Source: Bacteroidota bacterium (GTDB lineage Bacteria > Bacteroidota > Bacteroidia > UKL13-3). From it: a stretch of DNA of 64,000 nucleotides. Below the pieces are notes generated by a model that saw only the letters and a list, made by a program, of their open reading frames with translations, did no database searches and was not told where the DNA came from. The translations under genes were made by a program, and so were the position numbers. Positions 28,886 through 37,364 of this stretch are shown piece after piece. Position 1 is the stretch's first letter; every line of letters starts with the position of its first letter. The stretch is from contig CANGVA010000003.1 of assembly GCA_947457395.1 (NCBI GenBank), forward strand, positions 78,825 through 142,824. The letters are read 5' to 3'.

Positions 28886-29628
28886 TGAAACAGGCAGCAA
28901 TTATCATTGGAGCAAGCTCAGGCTTAGGACGCGCATTGGCAGAAGCAATTGCCCGCACAGGCACGGATGTAATAATGAGTGCCCGCGCAGAACAGGAACT
29001 ACAAATTTTGGCCACCCATTTGCGCATCCGTTACCAAATACAGGCAGAGGTTATTCCGTTAGATCTAGCTACCCTTACTACAGCAACTGCTAAAAACTAT
29101 GTTGATCAATGTTTTGAAAAAATGCCACACTGTTCTCAGGTGTATATTACTGCAGGCATTATAGATGAGCTGGATAAAGGAACCGAGGCTGTTGATTATT
29201 TGCCTAAACTTATGCAGGTAAATTGCATGGGCATAAGCTATGTGATGAATGCGTGTTGCCAATGGTTGCAAAATCGGTCAGCCAATATTACCCTTATCTC
29301 TTCCATAGCGGCCATCAGGCCCCGTGGCTCCAATATTGCCTACAGCGCTTCTAAAATTGCACTGGAGTATATGGCATTGGGTTTGAGGCATCATTTTGCG
29401 CAAAGCCCATTGCGCATTCAGGTATACAGGGCTGGTTATATGGAAACCGCTTTAAGCACAGGTAAGAAATTATTGTTTCCTGTTGCAAAGCCTGAGCGTG
29501 TTGCCCGTGTTTTGATTAAAAACAGACATAAAGATACAGGCTTGATCTATGTGCCGGTATTCTGGCTACCTTTATCGTGGGTGCTGCAATATTTGCCTTG
29601 GTTTATATTTAAAAAACTGAAATTTTAA
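28885..29628 (+). CDS. Short-chain dehydrogenase/reductase homologous to DprE2 (decaprenylphosphoryl-2-keto-ribose reductase)
   Basis: Rossmann IIGASSGLGRALA and YSASKIAL (YxxxK). The C-terminal tail LIYVPVFWLPLSWVLQYLPWFIFKKLKF closely parallels the DprE2 tail ...[28 protein letters not shown]. Start overlaps the upstream stop (TAATG at 28883-28887). Confidence 0.75.
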   Translation: MKQAAIIIGASSGLGRALAEAIARTGTDVIMSARAEQELQILATHLRIRYQIQAEVIPLDLATLTTATAKNYVDQCFEKMPHCSQVYITAGIIDELDKGTEAVDYLPKLMQVNCMGISYVMNACCQWLQNRSANITLISSIAAIRPRGSNIAYSASKIALEYMALGLRHHFAQSPLRIQVYRAGYMETALSTGKKLLFPVAKPERVARVLIKNRHKDTGLIYVPVFWLPLSWVLQYLPWFIFKKLKF

Positions 29629-29644
29629 TTACTTTTCCCCCTTC

Positions 29645-30373
29645 ATGAGCAAGTCCAATATCAGTATATTTTTTCCGGTTTATAATGATGAGCGCACCGT
29701 GCAGGCTGTTACAGAAAAAGCACTGGCTTTTGGTAAAGAGTGTGCCGGTTTGTTTGAAGTCATTATTATAAACGACTGCAGTCCGGATAATTCAGGAAAA
29801 ATTGCAGATACATTAGCCCTCACTTATCCAAATGTGCGCGTCATACATCATCCAAAAAATATGGGCTATGGCGCAGCAGTAAAATCTGGTTTGGGTGCAG
29901 CCCAATATGAATATGTCTGTTTTACCGATGGTGATGATGAGTATGATATGGAAGAATTTAAGAAACTCATCAAGCTGAAAGACTATTACGACCTTATAAT
30001 TACCTTTCGCTACAAAAAGATTTATTCCAATAAAAGGATTTTTATTTCTTATATCTACAATCGTTTGCTGCGATGGATATTCAGAACCAACTTTCGTGAT
30101 ATTAGTACTGGTTTACGCCTGGTGAGGAAAGATATATTAGCTGATATAAACCTGATAACAGATAGTCCGTTTATTGGCGCAGAGCTTACTATTAAAACTA
30201 TGCTAAAGGGCTACAGAGTGGGCGAAGTAGGCATACAAACATTTCCGCGTAAATTTGGTCAGGGCGCATCTACCAGCTTTAAAAATATTATGCGCACCAT
30301 TAAAGATATGCGTAAGGTATATCGCGAAATATTTTCAGACCATTATGATTTGCCTAAGAACAGGCAACGATAA
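29645..30373 (+). CDS. GT2-family polyprenyl-phosphate glycosyltransferase (DPM1/DPG-synthase-like; soluble, no TM anchor)
   Basis: IFFPVYNDE, IIINDCSPDNS, TDGDDEY (DxD), MGYGAAVKSG. No hydrophobic C-terminal segments. Confidence 0.8.
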   Translation: MSKSNISIFFPVYNDERTVQAVTEKALAFGKECAGLFEVIIINDCSPDNSGKIADTLALTYPNVRVIHHPKNMGYGAAVKSGLGAAQYEYVCFTDGDDEYDMEEFKKLIKLKDYYDLIITFRYKKIYSNKRIFISYIYNRLLRWIFRTNFRDISTGLRLVRKDILADINLITDSPFIGAELTIKTMLKGYRVGEVGIQTFPRKFGQGASTSFKNIMRTIKDMRKVYREIFSDHYDLPKNRQR

Positions 30374-30384
30374 ATTAATATATT

Positions 30385-31029
30385 ATGAATTACGACCGTA
30401 TTTACGAATATCGCTTTAAGGATGTTGACCGTGAGAAAAAACTCATGACATGGAAAGAGATTGCTACTTTCATATATAATAAGCTGGATAAACCAAAACG
30501 TATGCTTGATCCTGCTGCAGGGGATTGTGAGTTTATTAATCAGATTGCCTCGGAAGAACGCTGGGCGGTTGATATGAGTGAAATAACACCTAAAATGGCG
30601 CAGCAAGGTATTAAGGTAATCACAGGTAATAATTTAGAAGTAGACTTACCCGAAAATTATTTTGATGGGGTTTTTATCTCCAATTTTTTAGAGCACTTGC
30701 ACAGCCAGGAGCAGGTTGCATTTTTTCTGGAGCGCATGTATAAAGCCATCAAACCCGGAGGGCGTATTGCCATCATGGGACCCAACTTTAAATATACCTA
30801 CAAATATTATTTTGATTTTGCTGATCATACTGTGCTGCTTTCTGAAGGCGGAGTTGCCGAGCATTTGTATGGTGCAGGTTTTAATCCCATTGAAGTGCAC
30901 CCAAAATTTTTGCCATTATCATTTAAAAGCAGGTTACCTGTAAATGCATTTTTGGTGCGTACCTATTTAAATATGCCCATGGTTTGGCCTATTATGGGTA
31001 AGCAATTTTTACTCATTGGTCAGAAGTAA
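30385..31029 (+). CDS. Class I SAM-dependent methyltransferase
   Basis: Motif I region LDPAAGDCEF; post-I/II DGVFISNFLEHL, KPGGRIAIMGP. Confidence 0.7.
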   Translation: MNYDRIYEYRFKDVDREKKLMTWKEIATFIYNKLDKPKRMLDPAAGDCEFINQIASEERWAVDMSEITPKMAQQGIKVITGNNLEVDLPENYFDGVFISNFLEHLHSQEQVAFFLERMYKAIKPGGRIAIMGPNFKYTYKYYFDFADHTVLLSEGGVAEHLYGAGFNPIEVHPKFLPLSFKSRLPVNAFLVRTYLNMPMVWPIMGKQFLLIGQK

Positions 31030-31069
31030 AGTTGCCGTAGTAATGCATTTTTTTTAATACTAACGCAAC

Positions 31070-31681
31070 ATGAATATAGCAATTATCGGAACAGGAAATG
31101 TTGGCGGTGCATTGGCTACTGCCTGGGCAGCCAAAGGTCATCATATTTTTCTCGGTGTGCAGGATCTCAATCAGTTTAAGGGTAGGGATTTGCTCAAGAA
31201 TCAACAAACACAGGCATGCTCCATTGCAGAAGCAGTGGCTAAGGCAGATGTGATATTAATGGCCATACCGCCTCAGGCCATTTTTGGTGTGTTAGAATTA
31301 ATGGGTGATGTAACAGGTAAAACCATAATTGATGCCACCAATGCCGTGAGGCTGGCCCCCGATCCCTATAAAACCGTATATCATTGCCTGGCCGATAAAA
31401 CCAAAGCAGATGTGGTAAAATGTTTTAACAGTACCGGTTTTGAAAACATGCTTAATCCGATTTATAATGGGCAAGGCATTGATATGTTTATGGCAGGCGA
31501 TAGTGATAAGGCTAAAGCTATAGCAAGTATTTTGGCAAGCGATGCAGGTTTTGGATCATGTATGGATTTTGGCAAGGCTGATAAGGTTGAACTCTTGGAA
31601 AAATTTGCCCTATCATGGATAAATCTGGCTATTATGCAGGGCCATGGTCGCAACATGGCGTTTAAAGTGGTGCGCAGGTAA
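31070..31681 (+). CDS. NADP-dependent oxidoreductase, F420-dependent-NADP-reductase (FNO/Npd)-like Rossmann protein
   Basis: MNIAIIGTGNVGGALA dinucleotide-binding start; ~200 aa; resembles the FNO/pyrroline-5-carboxylate-reductase-like NADP_oxidored family. Confidence 0.6.
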   Translation: MNIAIIGTGNVGGALATAWAAKGHHIFLGVQDLNQFKGRDLLKNQQTQACSIAEAVAKADVILMAIPPQAIFGVLELMGDVTGKTIIDATNAVRLAPDPYKTVYHCLADKTKADVVKCFNSTGFENMLNPIYNGQGIDMFMAGDSDKAKAIASILASDAGFGSCMDFGKADKVELLEKFALSWINLAIMQGHGRNMAFKVVRR

Positions 31682-31722
31682 GCAACTGCCATCTTGTTTC
31701 AAGTAGTTTTAAAAGAACAGAA

Positions 31723-33333
31723 TTATTGTGCAACCTTAAATCCATCATTGATATCAGAGGTGCGCAGCATTATTTTATCTGCAATGTAATACGTGCAAGG
31801 AAATTGATCCCAGCACAGGTTGTTTGATTGTACCACAAAAACAGGAAACTGATTGATTTGACTTTGTGTGAGTGTATGCTGAGGATAGCGTAGCGGCTTT
31901 ATAAGAGTAATTTTATCTTGGTTATGCCAAATAAGCCAGCATAGCATCAGCGCCACTACTCCCATATATGCTTTACGTGCCATGTTAAATGCAGGTAATG
32001 TATATTGAGACAAGGCTATGCCCATCATCACCACCATATATCCGTACATAAAACGCATATGTGGTCCGCTGTTAAATAACATGAACCAGCCTGCAAGTGC
32101 TGCCAGTGTTTGTATCGGAAAAGATTTTTGTTTAATGGAGATAATCAGCAGGCTCAGCAAAGATGCAACAAACGCTAAAACCATTCCCTTATTAAACAAG
32201 TCGAGTTGATTAAACCAAACCGGCACCCATTGCTCATATGAGAGCTGTGCTGTTTCATAAATATTGGAATAAGGTATGCGTCCCCATCCTTTTAAAACTA
32301 TTTTATCATATTCAAAGTACGAAGCAGGCACTTTCCAGTCTACCTGAAATAGATCTATCTGATTAAATGGATAAAGGAGGAAACCGCCACGTACCACATT
32401 ACCTGCAAGCCATGGCAGCAGCCAGATGCAGCCAAAAACAGCAATTATGGAAACATACAACCAAACCTGTTTGCTGCTGCGCAAGTACCAGAGTAATATT
32501 ATAATTAGAAACACCAGCAGCAAGGCCGTTGCCTTGATTGTGATGCCCCAAAATATCAGCAATGAAATAATGAGGCTGTAAAAGCCTTTTGATGCGTTGC
32601 TTTGTCTGCTCTCCAGGAATAAGTCAAAGCAAAGAAAAATAATACCGGTGATAACAATATCAGGTGTAACGCTGCCAATAAAAGCAGTTTTTACAGTAAG
32701 CAGCAGGAATAAAATAACAGGCACCCTGAACAAACGTTGTTTGGTTTCAAACACATTACGACTAAAATAAATCATGAGCAACACGTACCAAACACCGTTA
32801 AGTACATACACAGATTGCACGTCCATGTTGCGTAAACCGAAAAATGCCTGTAGATGAAACCACCAGTTATTATTTACAAGTGGACGGTTAAAATTACCAA
32901 TGCCAGGTAGCAGTTTGTAATACTCAGACCATTTAATGGCCTGCAGGTGGTAGTCCGCAATATCGCCCGACCCCGGCTTTATGGCTACGCTGATAATTGC
33001 TGTAAGCAGCAGCAGCAAATTAAACCATATGCTTTTGCGAATGCGATACATCAAATCGGGCAACACACTTATCATTTGCTTTTGGCAGGCTGTAAGTGAC
33101 GCGGTGATAAAAATCCAGACTACAACATGACAGCGCCAGTCAATTGGAATGATAAAATGAAGCAGTGAAACGATGCATGAAATAACAGCAAATCCAATAA
33201 TAACCACCAGTGGTGAGCGCAAGTGCCAGGGCTCGTGCTCCCCTGTAAGTTTCATGATAAACAGAATGGTTGTTACTCCTGCAGCATAGCCAATTATAGA
33301 GGCATAGAGCATGAGTAGCAAAACTTCCAGCAT
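31723..33333 (-). CDS. Polytopic integral membrane protein (>=12 predicted TM helices), possible GT-C-type glycosyltransferase or polymerase-like protein
   Basis: 536 aa, almost entirely hydrophobic helices with one sizeable loop; no family motif recognised. Immediately downstream (4 nt) of the YfhO gene. Confidence 0.5.
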   Translation of the reverse strand: MLEVLLLMLYASIIGYAAGVTTILFIMKLTGEHEPWHLRSPLVVIIGFAVISCIVSLLHFIIPIDWRCHVVVWIFITASLTACQKQMISVLPDLMYRIRKSIWFNLLLLLTAIISVAIKPGSGDIADYHLQAIKWSEYYKLLPGIGNFNRPLVNNNWWFHLQAFFGLRNMDVQSVYVLNGVWYVLLMIYFSRNVFETKQRLFRVPVILFLLLTVKTAFIGSVTPDIVITGIIFLCFDLFLESRQSNASKGFYSLIISLLIFWGITIKATALLLVFLIIILLWYLRSSKQVWLYVSIIAVFGCIWLLPWLAGNVVRGGFLLYPFNQIDLFQVDWKVPASYFEYDKIVLKGWGRIPYSNIYETAQLSYEQWVPVWFNQLDLFNKGMVLAFVASLLSLLIISIKQKSFPIQTLAALAGWFMLFNSGPHMRFMYGYMVVMMGIALSQYTLPAFNMARKAYMGVVALMLCWLIWHNQDKITLIKPLRYPQHTLTQSQINQFPVFVVQSNNLCWDQFPCTYYIADKIMLRTSDINDGFKVAQ

Positions 33334-33338
33334 GGTTA

Positions 33339-35783
33339 TTAGCTCTTTTGTTCGGTTTTTCTTCTCCTGAAAAAGGTAAATCCACCCGCAACTACAATCC
33401 CACCATATAAAATAATGGAAGCAAACATTGAAACACGTTCACCCGTTTCTACAACCTCAGGCTCAAACACAAATTCAATGCGATGTTTACCTGCAGGCAC
33501 TTTCATGCCGCGTAATACATAGTTACAGCGAAGATGTTCTGCTGCATTGCCATCAATTGAGGCCTTCCATCCTTTATCGTAGTAGATTTCAGAAAATACT
33601 GCCAGGTTATCCGAACTGCTGTTCGATTCATAAACCAGTTTGTTGGGCGCATAACTTAGCAGTTTAATAGATGATGTAGAATCTGCCGTTGGATTGAATC
33701 CTTTAAGCATTTCAGCAAAACGTTTATCAACCAATGCAGTAGTTTTTGTATTGATTGTTTTAAGTGAGTCTATTTCTGCATCCGCATTATCAACCATCAT
33801 CAGGTTGCTAATAAACCACGCGTTGCCATTTGCTTCCGGATTGGCTTGAGCAAACAAATTATTGGCACTATCACCTACTATAAAGTATTTAACATTGAGC
33901 ATATTAAAAGCCTGCATATTCCCGCGTGATAAGTGAAACTCTATTAATTCCTGATATCTCCGCATTTTAGCGCCATGATATCCGCCAATGGATTTATGCC
34001 AATAGGAGGTGAGGGCATCCTGATCCAGGCGTTGCGTAGTATTGTATACACGGTAATGAATATCTTTATCCTGCAAAATCATTTCATCGGCTTGTGATTT
34101 TGGAAAGGAAGCTTCCAGATTTTTCTTCTTGGTTTCAAAATCTGAATCGTTTAGGTAACGTTTGTCAACGCCCCACAAGTCAATAACAATAAGACCTAAC
34201 AAAACACCCACAAATAATTGCTGCTTCACTTTTCCGTTCAGATAAAACCATATAAGGGTGAATGCAGCACCTATAAACAGTAATGACCTAAGTGCATCCG
34301 CTTTTAGTAAGGCTTCACGGTCCTTAACGATCGATTCTCTAAGCCATTCAGGCAGGCGGTCGTCAACCGGTGAAATGAAGTTAAGAAAAAGATCAGGCAT
34401 AAATGAAAAAACTGCGCATAGCCCCCCAACAATATAAAAGCTGTACAGTAAGGGTTTTTTCAAATCGGCCGGCTTTATTTTTCCTGAAAGCAAATCGCGC
34501 AAGGCAAGCAGGGCAAGCAGCGGAAATGTTGTTTGGGTAATGCACAGAATAAAAGTTACCGAGCGGAATTTGTTATACAAAGGAAAGTTATAGAAGAACA
34601 AATCCGTTAGTGTCATAAAATTTTTGCCCATGGAAAGCATGATGGCCAATACAGAAATGGCCAGTATCCACCATTTTTCAGGCCCTTTGATAACAAATAA
34701 GCCTAGCACAAACAGAAAACAAATGATGGCGCCATAGTATATGGGGCCGGCTGTAAATGGCTGGTCACCCCAGTAAACAGGCATACCCTGAATGATTTGC
34801 TTTGCATTAGGAACCCCGTTTTGCTTTAAGATTTTATAGGTTTCGGATGAGGTGCTGAGTTCTGCCGAACTGGAGCCGCCATAAAAATTAGGGATGAGCA
34901 GGGTAAATGGTTCTGCAACACCATTGCTCCATTGCAGGGCATAATCTTTATCCAATCCGGAGGAGGCAATAGCGGCATTACCTTCGCCTGTAGCCGTTTT
35001 GGTAAGTTCTGATTTGCCACGTATACTATACTTGCCATATTCTTCTGTTGGTAGCAGATTGTTGGCGCCTGTTGCCACACCAACGGCTGCGGCAACAGCC
35101 AGAAATACACCGCAAATAAGTAAGTGTGCGATCTTTTTGTCTTTGGCTGCAATCACAATCTCGGCTATCATCCACACGCCAATCAGAATCATTAGGTAAT
35201 AGGTTATTTGCAAGTGGCCTGCAGCCAGCTGTAGCGATAAAGCAATACCTGTGAGCAAGGCCCCGATAAGCCTGTTTTTGCGTAAAGTATAGTTGATACC
35301 TGCAAGCACCAGAGGCATAAAGGCAATGGCATTGCCTTTGCCTACGTGCCCTGCATCTATATTGATGAGGTTAAAAGAGGAAAACATAAATGCCAGACTT
35401 CCTGCAATGGCCAGCCAGGGCGAGACCTCGAAGGTTAGCAATAAGATATAAAAGCAAATAAACAACAGAAACATCGTGTCTACCGGGTTAGGTAAAACCC
35501 GGCTAATAAAATCACTTACCGTTGATGTGAAGTTGTTTTTATAAGATGGCCCGATGAGATAGGTGGGCATGCCGCTAAACACAGAATTGGTCCAAAAAGT
35601 GCGCTCTCCGCTTGCCTTTTGATATTGTGCAATTTCATTGTAGGTAGCTTGCCATTGCTGCACGTCATGTTGTTTTAGTGCTTTCCCTGAAAGTAACGGA
35701 TTAAAATAAATGATAATGGCAGTAAGGGCAATGATAATGGCAGCCAGATGAGGAAACCATTTTTTCTGCAAAAGTGAATTCAT
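33339..35783 (-). CDS. YfhO-family membrane protein (GT-C fold; polyprenyl-phosphate-sugar-dependent periplasmic glycosyltransferase family)
   Basis: N-terminus MNSLLQKKWFPHLAAIIIALTAIIIYFNPLLSGKALKQHDVQQWQATYNEIAQYQKASGERTFWTNSVFSGMPTYLIG matches the conserved start of Bacteroidota YfhO-family proteins (...QHDI.Q..G...EI..YR..TGEE.LW.NSMFGGMP.YL) as I recall them. ~800 aa, multi-TM N-terminal half with a large C-terminal soluble domain. Confidence 0.7.
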   Translation of the reverse strand: MNSLLQKKWFPHLAAIIIALTAIIIYFNPLLSGKALKQHDVQQWQATYNEIAQYQKASGERTFWTNSVFSGMPTYLIGPSYKNNFTSTVSDFISRVLPNPVDTMFLLFICFYILLLTFEVSPWLAIAGSLAFMFSSFNLINIDAGHVGKGNAIAFMPLVLAGINYTLRKNRLIGALLTGIALSLQLAAGHLQITYYLMILIGVWMIAEIVIAAKDKKIAHLLICGVFLAVAAAVGVATGANNLLPTEEYGKYSIRGKSELTKTATGEGNAAIASSGLDKDYALQWSNGVAEPFTLLIPNFYGGSSSAELSTSSETYKILKQNGVPNAKQIIQGMPVYWGDQPFTAGPIYYGAIICFLFVLGLFVIKGPEKWWILAISVLAIMLSMGKNFMTLTDLFFYNFPLYNKFRSVTFILCITQTTFPLLALLALRDLLSGKIKPADLKKPLLYSFYIVGGLCAVFSFMPDLFLNFISPVDDRLPEWLRESIVKDREALLKADALRSLLFIGAAFTLIWFYLNGKVKQQLFVGVLLGLIVIDLWGVDKRYLNDSDFETKKKNLEASFPKSQADEMILQDKDIHYRVYNTTQRLDQDALTSYWHKSIGGYHGAKMRRYQELIEFHLSRGNMQAFNMLNVKYFIVGDSANNLFAQANPEANGNAWFISNLMMVDNADAEIDSLKTINTKTTALVDKRFAEMLKGFNPTADSTSSIKLLSYAPNKLVYESNSSSDNLAVFSEIYYDKGWKASIDGNAAEHLRCNYVLRGMKVPAGKHRIEFVFEPEVVETGERVSMFASIILYGGIVVAGGFTFFRRRKTEQKS

Positions 35784-36023
35784 GTGTTTTTGTTTAAATT
35801 GGGTTAAACACCCCTATTTAGCTGAAATAGCGGGTTTTCTGTTGCCGAATATATGTTTTGTCTGTTAACCCGCAAAATATGATAAAAATCAATCATAAAA
35901 TTAATGTTTGTATGAATGTCAAAATAGGGTAAAATGGATGTAAACAAAACATACGGGCCCATGGAATTAACTTTATTTGCACCCACTAAAATTAACCCGA
36001 TTCATTATATCCAATCTAAGTCA

Positions 36024-37316
36024 ATGAAAAAACTATTACTTCTTTTAACAGCCGTCTTGTTCATCAGCCAATTACATGCCCAAAATGTCGATTCAGTTTC
36101 GATGGGAGGCGGAACAACTGCTTATCCTTTGGATGTGTATTATAATATTACCACCGGATCCAAGGATACAGCAAGAAATAACAACTGGCATATTGCGTTC
36201 TCCGTGCGTAATGCACAGCCACCAATGAATGTATTACTTGCTGCTACCGTGCGCATCAATATGGCTCGTGGGGTTACGGTATACAAATCAAACCAAGGTC
36301 CTGATTCCTGGTCCAGTTTTGATACGACTAACTGGAGAAACTGGAATGTGGTTAGAGATAGCGACACATCATGGGATGTTGGAGCCTTAAATCAGGGAAG
36401 AACCAATGGGTTTGATTTCGGCTGGGGAGACTACAATATGAATACGCACCATATTGATGGAAAAGTGATCTACCTTTTCGCAATTAGAAATGGTAGCAAT
36501 ACCGTATTTAAGAAACTCATGATTAACCAGCTTACCCGCGATACGGCTTGGAACTTTACTTTTGCTAATCTAAACAATACAGATAGCAACAATGTGCGTT
36601 TTAACAAGGCTGCTTATACCGGTAAAATGTTTGCGTATTATAATTTATTTACTAAAACTTTATTTGATCGAGAGCCATTAAGAGCCAATTGGGACTTATT
36701 GTTTACCCGCTATCATGCTAGGGTAAATTACCTAGGCTCCGATACTTTTTATAATGTAACAGGTGTACTAATCAATCCTACAAATGTGATGGCTGCCCGT
36801 GTTTCAGGTCTACAGCGTGATAGCGTTAATCGTAGCAAAGTTACAGCATACATTTCTATCATTAATACCATTGGTTGGGATTGGAAAGTTTCTCCTATGG
36901 GTCCGCCAACACCATCATGGCCTATTGTTGATACATTGGTGTTTTTTGTAAAAAAGGGCAATCTTATTTATAAATTGTTATTTGACAGATTTGATGCAAA
37001 TCCTAATATGATTGTTTTCAACAAATCATCTATAGATGTTACTTCGGTAAGTAAGGTAAGCAATCCTGTTGCAAGTGTATTGGCGTATCCCAATCCTGCC
37101 AAGACGGATGTAACCATCAAGGTTATAACAGAGGCCTATAATGCCCGTCTTTCAGTTATTGATATAACCGGGAAAACTGTTTACCAAACATCCATGGAAG
37201 TTGCAGACGATGGTTTTCTCTCACAAGTTAAGACCGATCAAATAAGTAAAGGTATTTACTTTTATCATGTAGAAACCCCGATAGGAATGGTAACCGGCAA
37301 ATTTATTGTGGAGTAA
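36024..37316 (+). CDS. Secreted HmuY-like (putative heme-binding) family protein with T9SS C-terminal sorting domain
   Basis: Signal peptide MKKLLLLLTAVLFISQLHAQ (the upstream ORF-track start lies beyond it). NNNWHIAFS and ANWDLLFTRY motifs parallel the downstream lipoprotein and resemble the HmuY WDIAF-type motif. C-terminus LAYPNPAKTDVTIKV...GIYFYHV...KFIVE. Confidence 0.55.
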   Translation: MKKLLLLLTAVLFISQLHAQNVDSVSMGGGTTAYPLDVYYNITTGSKDTARNNNWHIAFSVRNAQPPMNVLLAATVRINMARGVTVYKSNQGPDSWSSFDTTNWRNWNVVRDSDTSWDVGALNQGRTNGFDFGWGDYNMNTHHIDGKVIYLFAIRNGSNTVFKKLMINQLTRDTAWNFTFANLNNTDSNNVRFNKAAYTGKMFAYYNLFTKTLFDREPLRANWDLLFTRYHARVNYLGSDTFYNVTGVLINPTNVMAARVSGLQRDSVNRSKVTAYISIINTIGWDWKVSPMGPPTPSWPIVDTLVFFVKKGNLIYKLLFDRFDANPNMIVFNKSSIDVTSVSKVSNPVASVLAYPNPAKTDVTIKVITEAYNARLSVIDITGKTVYQTSMEVADDGFLSQVKTDQISKGIYFYHVETPIGMVTGKFIVE

Positions 37317-37364
37317 TCCTACTTGGAAAATATTTTTTCATATGGTTTAAAAACAACACTCACC

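Noticed and set aside
27581-35783. Looked for a UbiA-family phosphoribosyltransferase (Rv3806c-like, NDxxDxxxD) to complete a mycobacterial-type DPA pathway
   Set aside because: Neither membrane protein in the locus has UbiA size or motifs. Its absence is reported as part of the finding rather than asserting a canonical DPA route.
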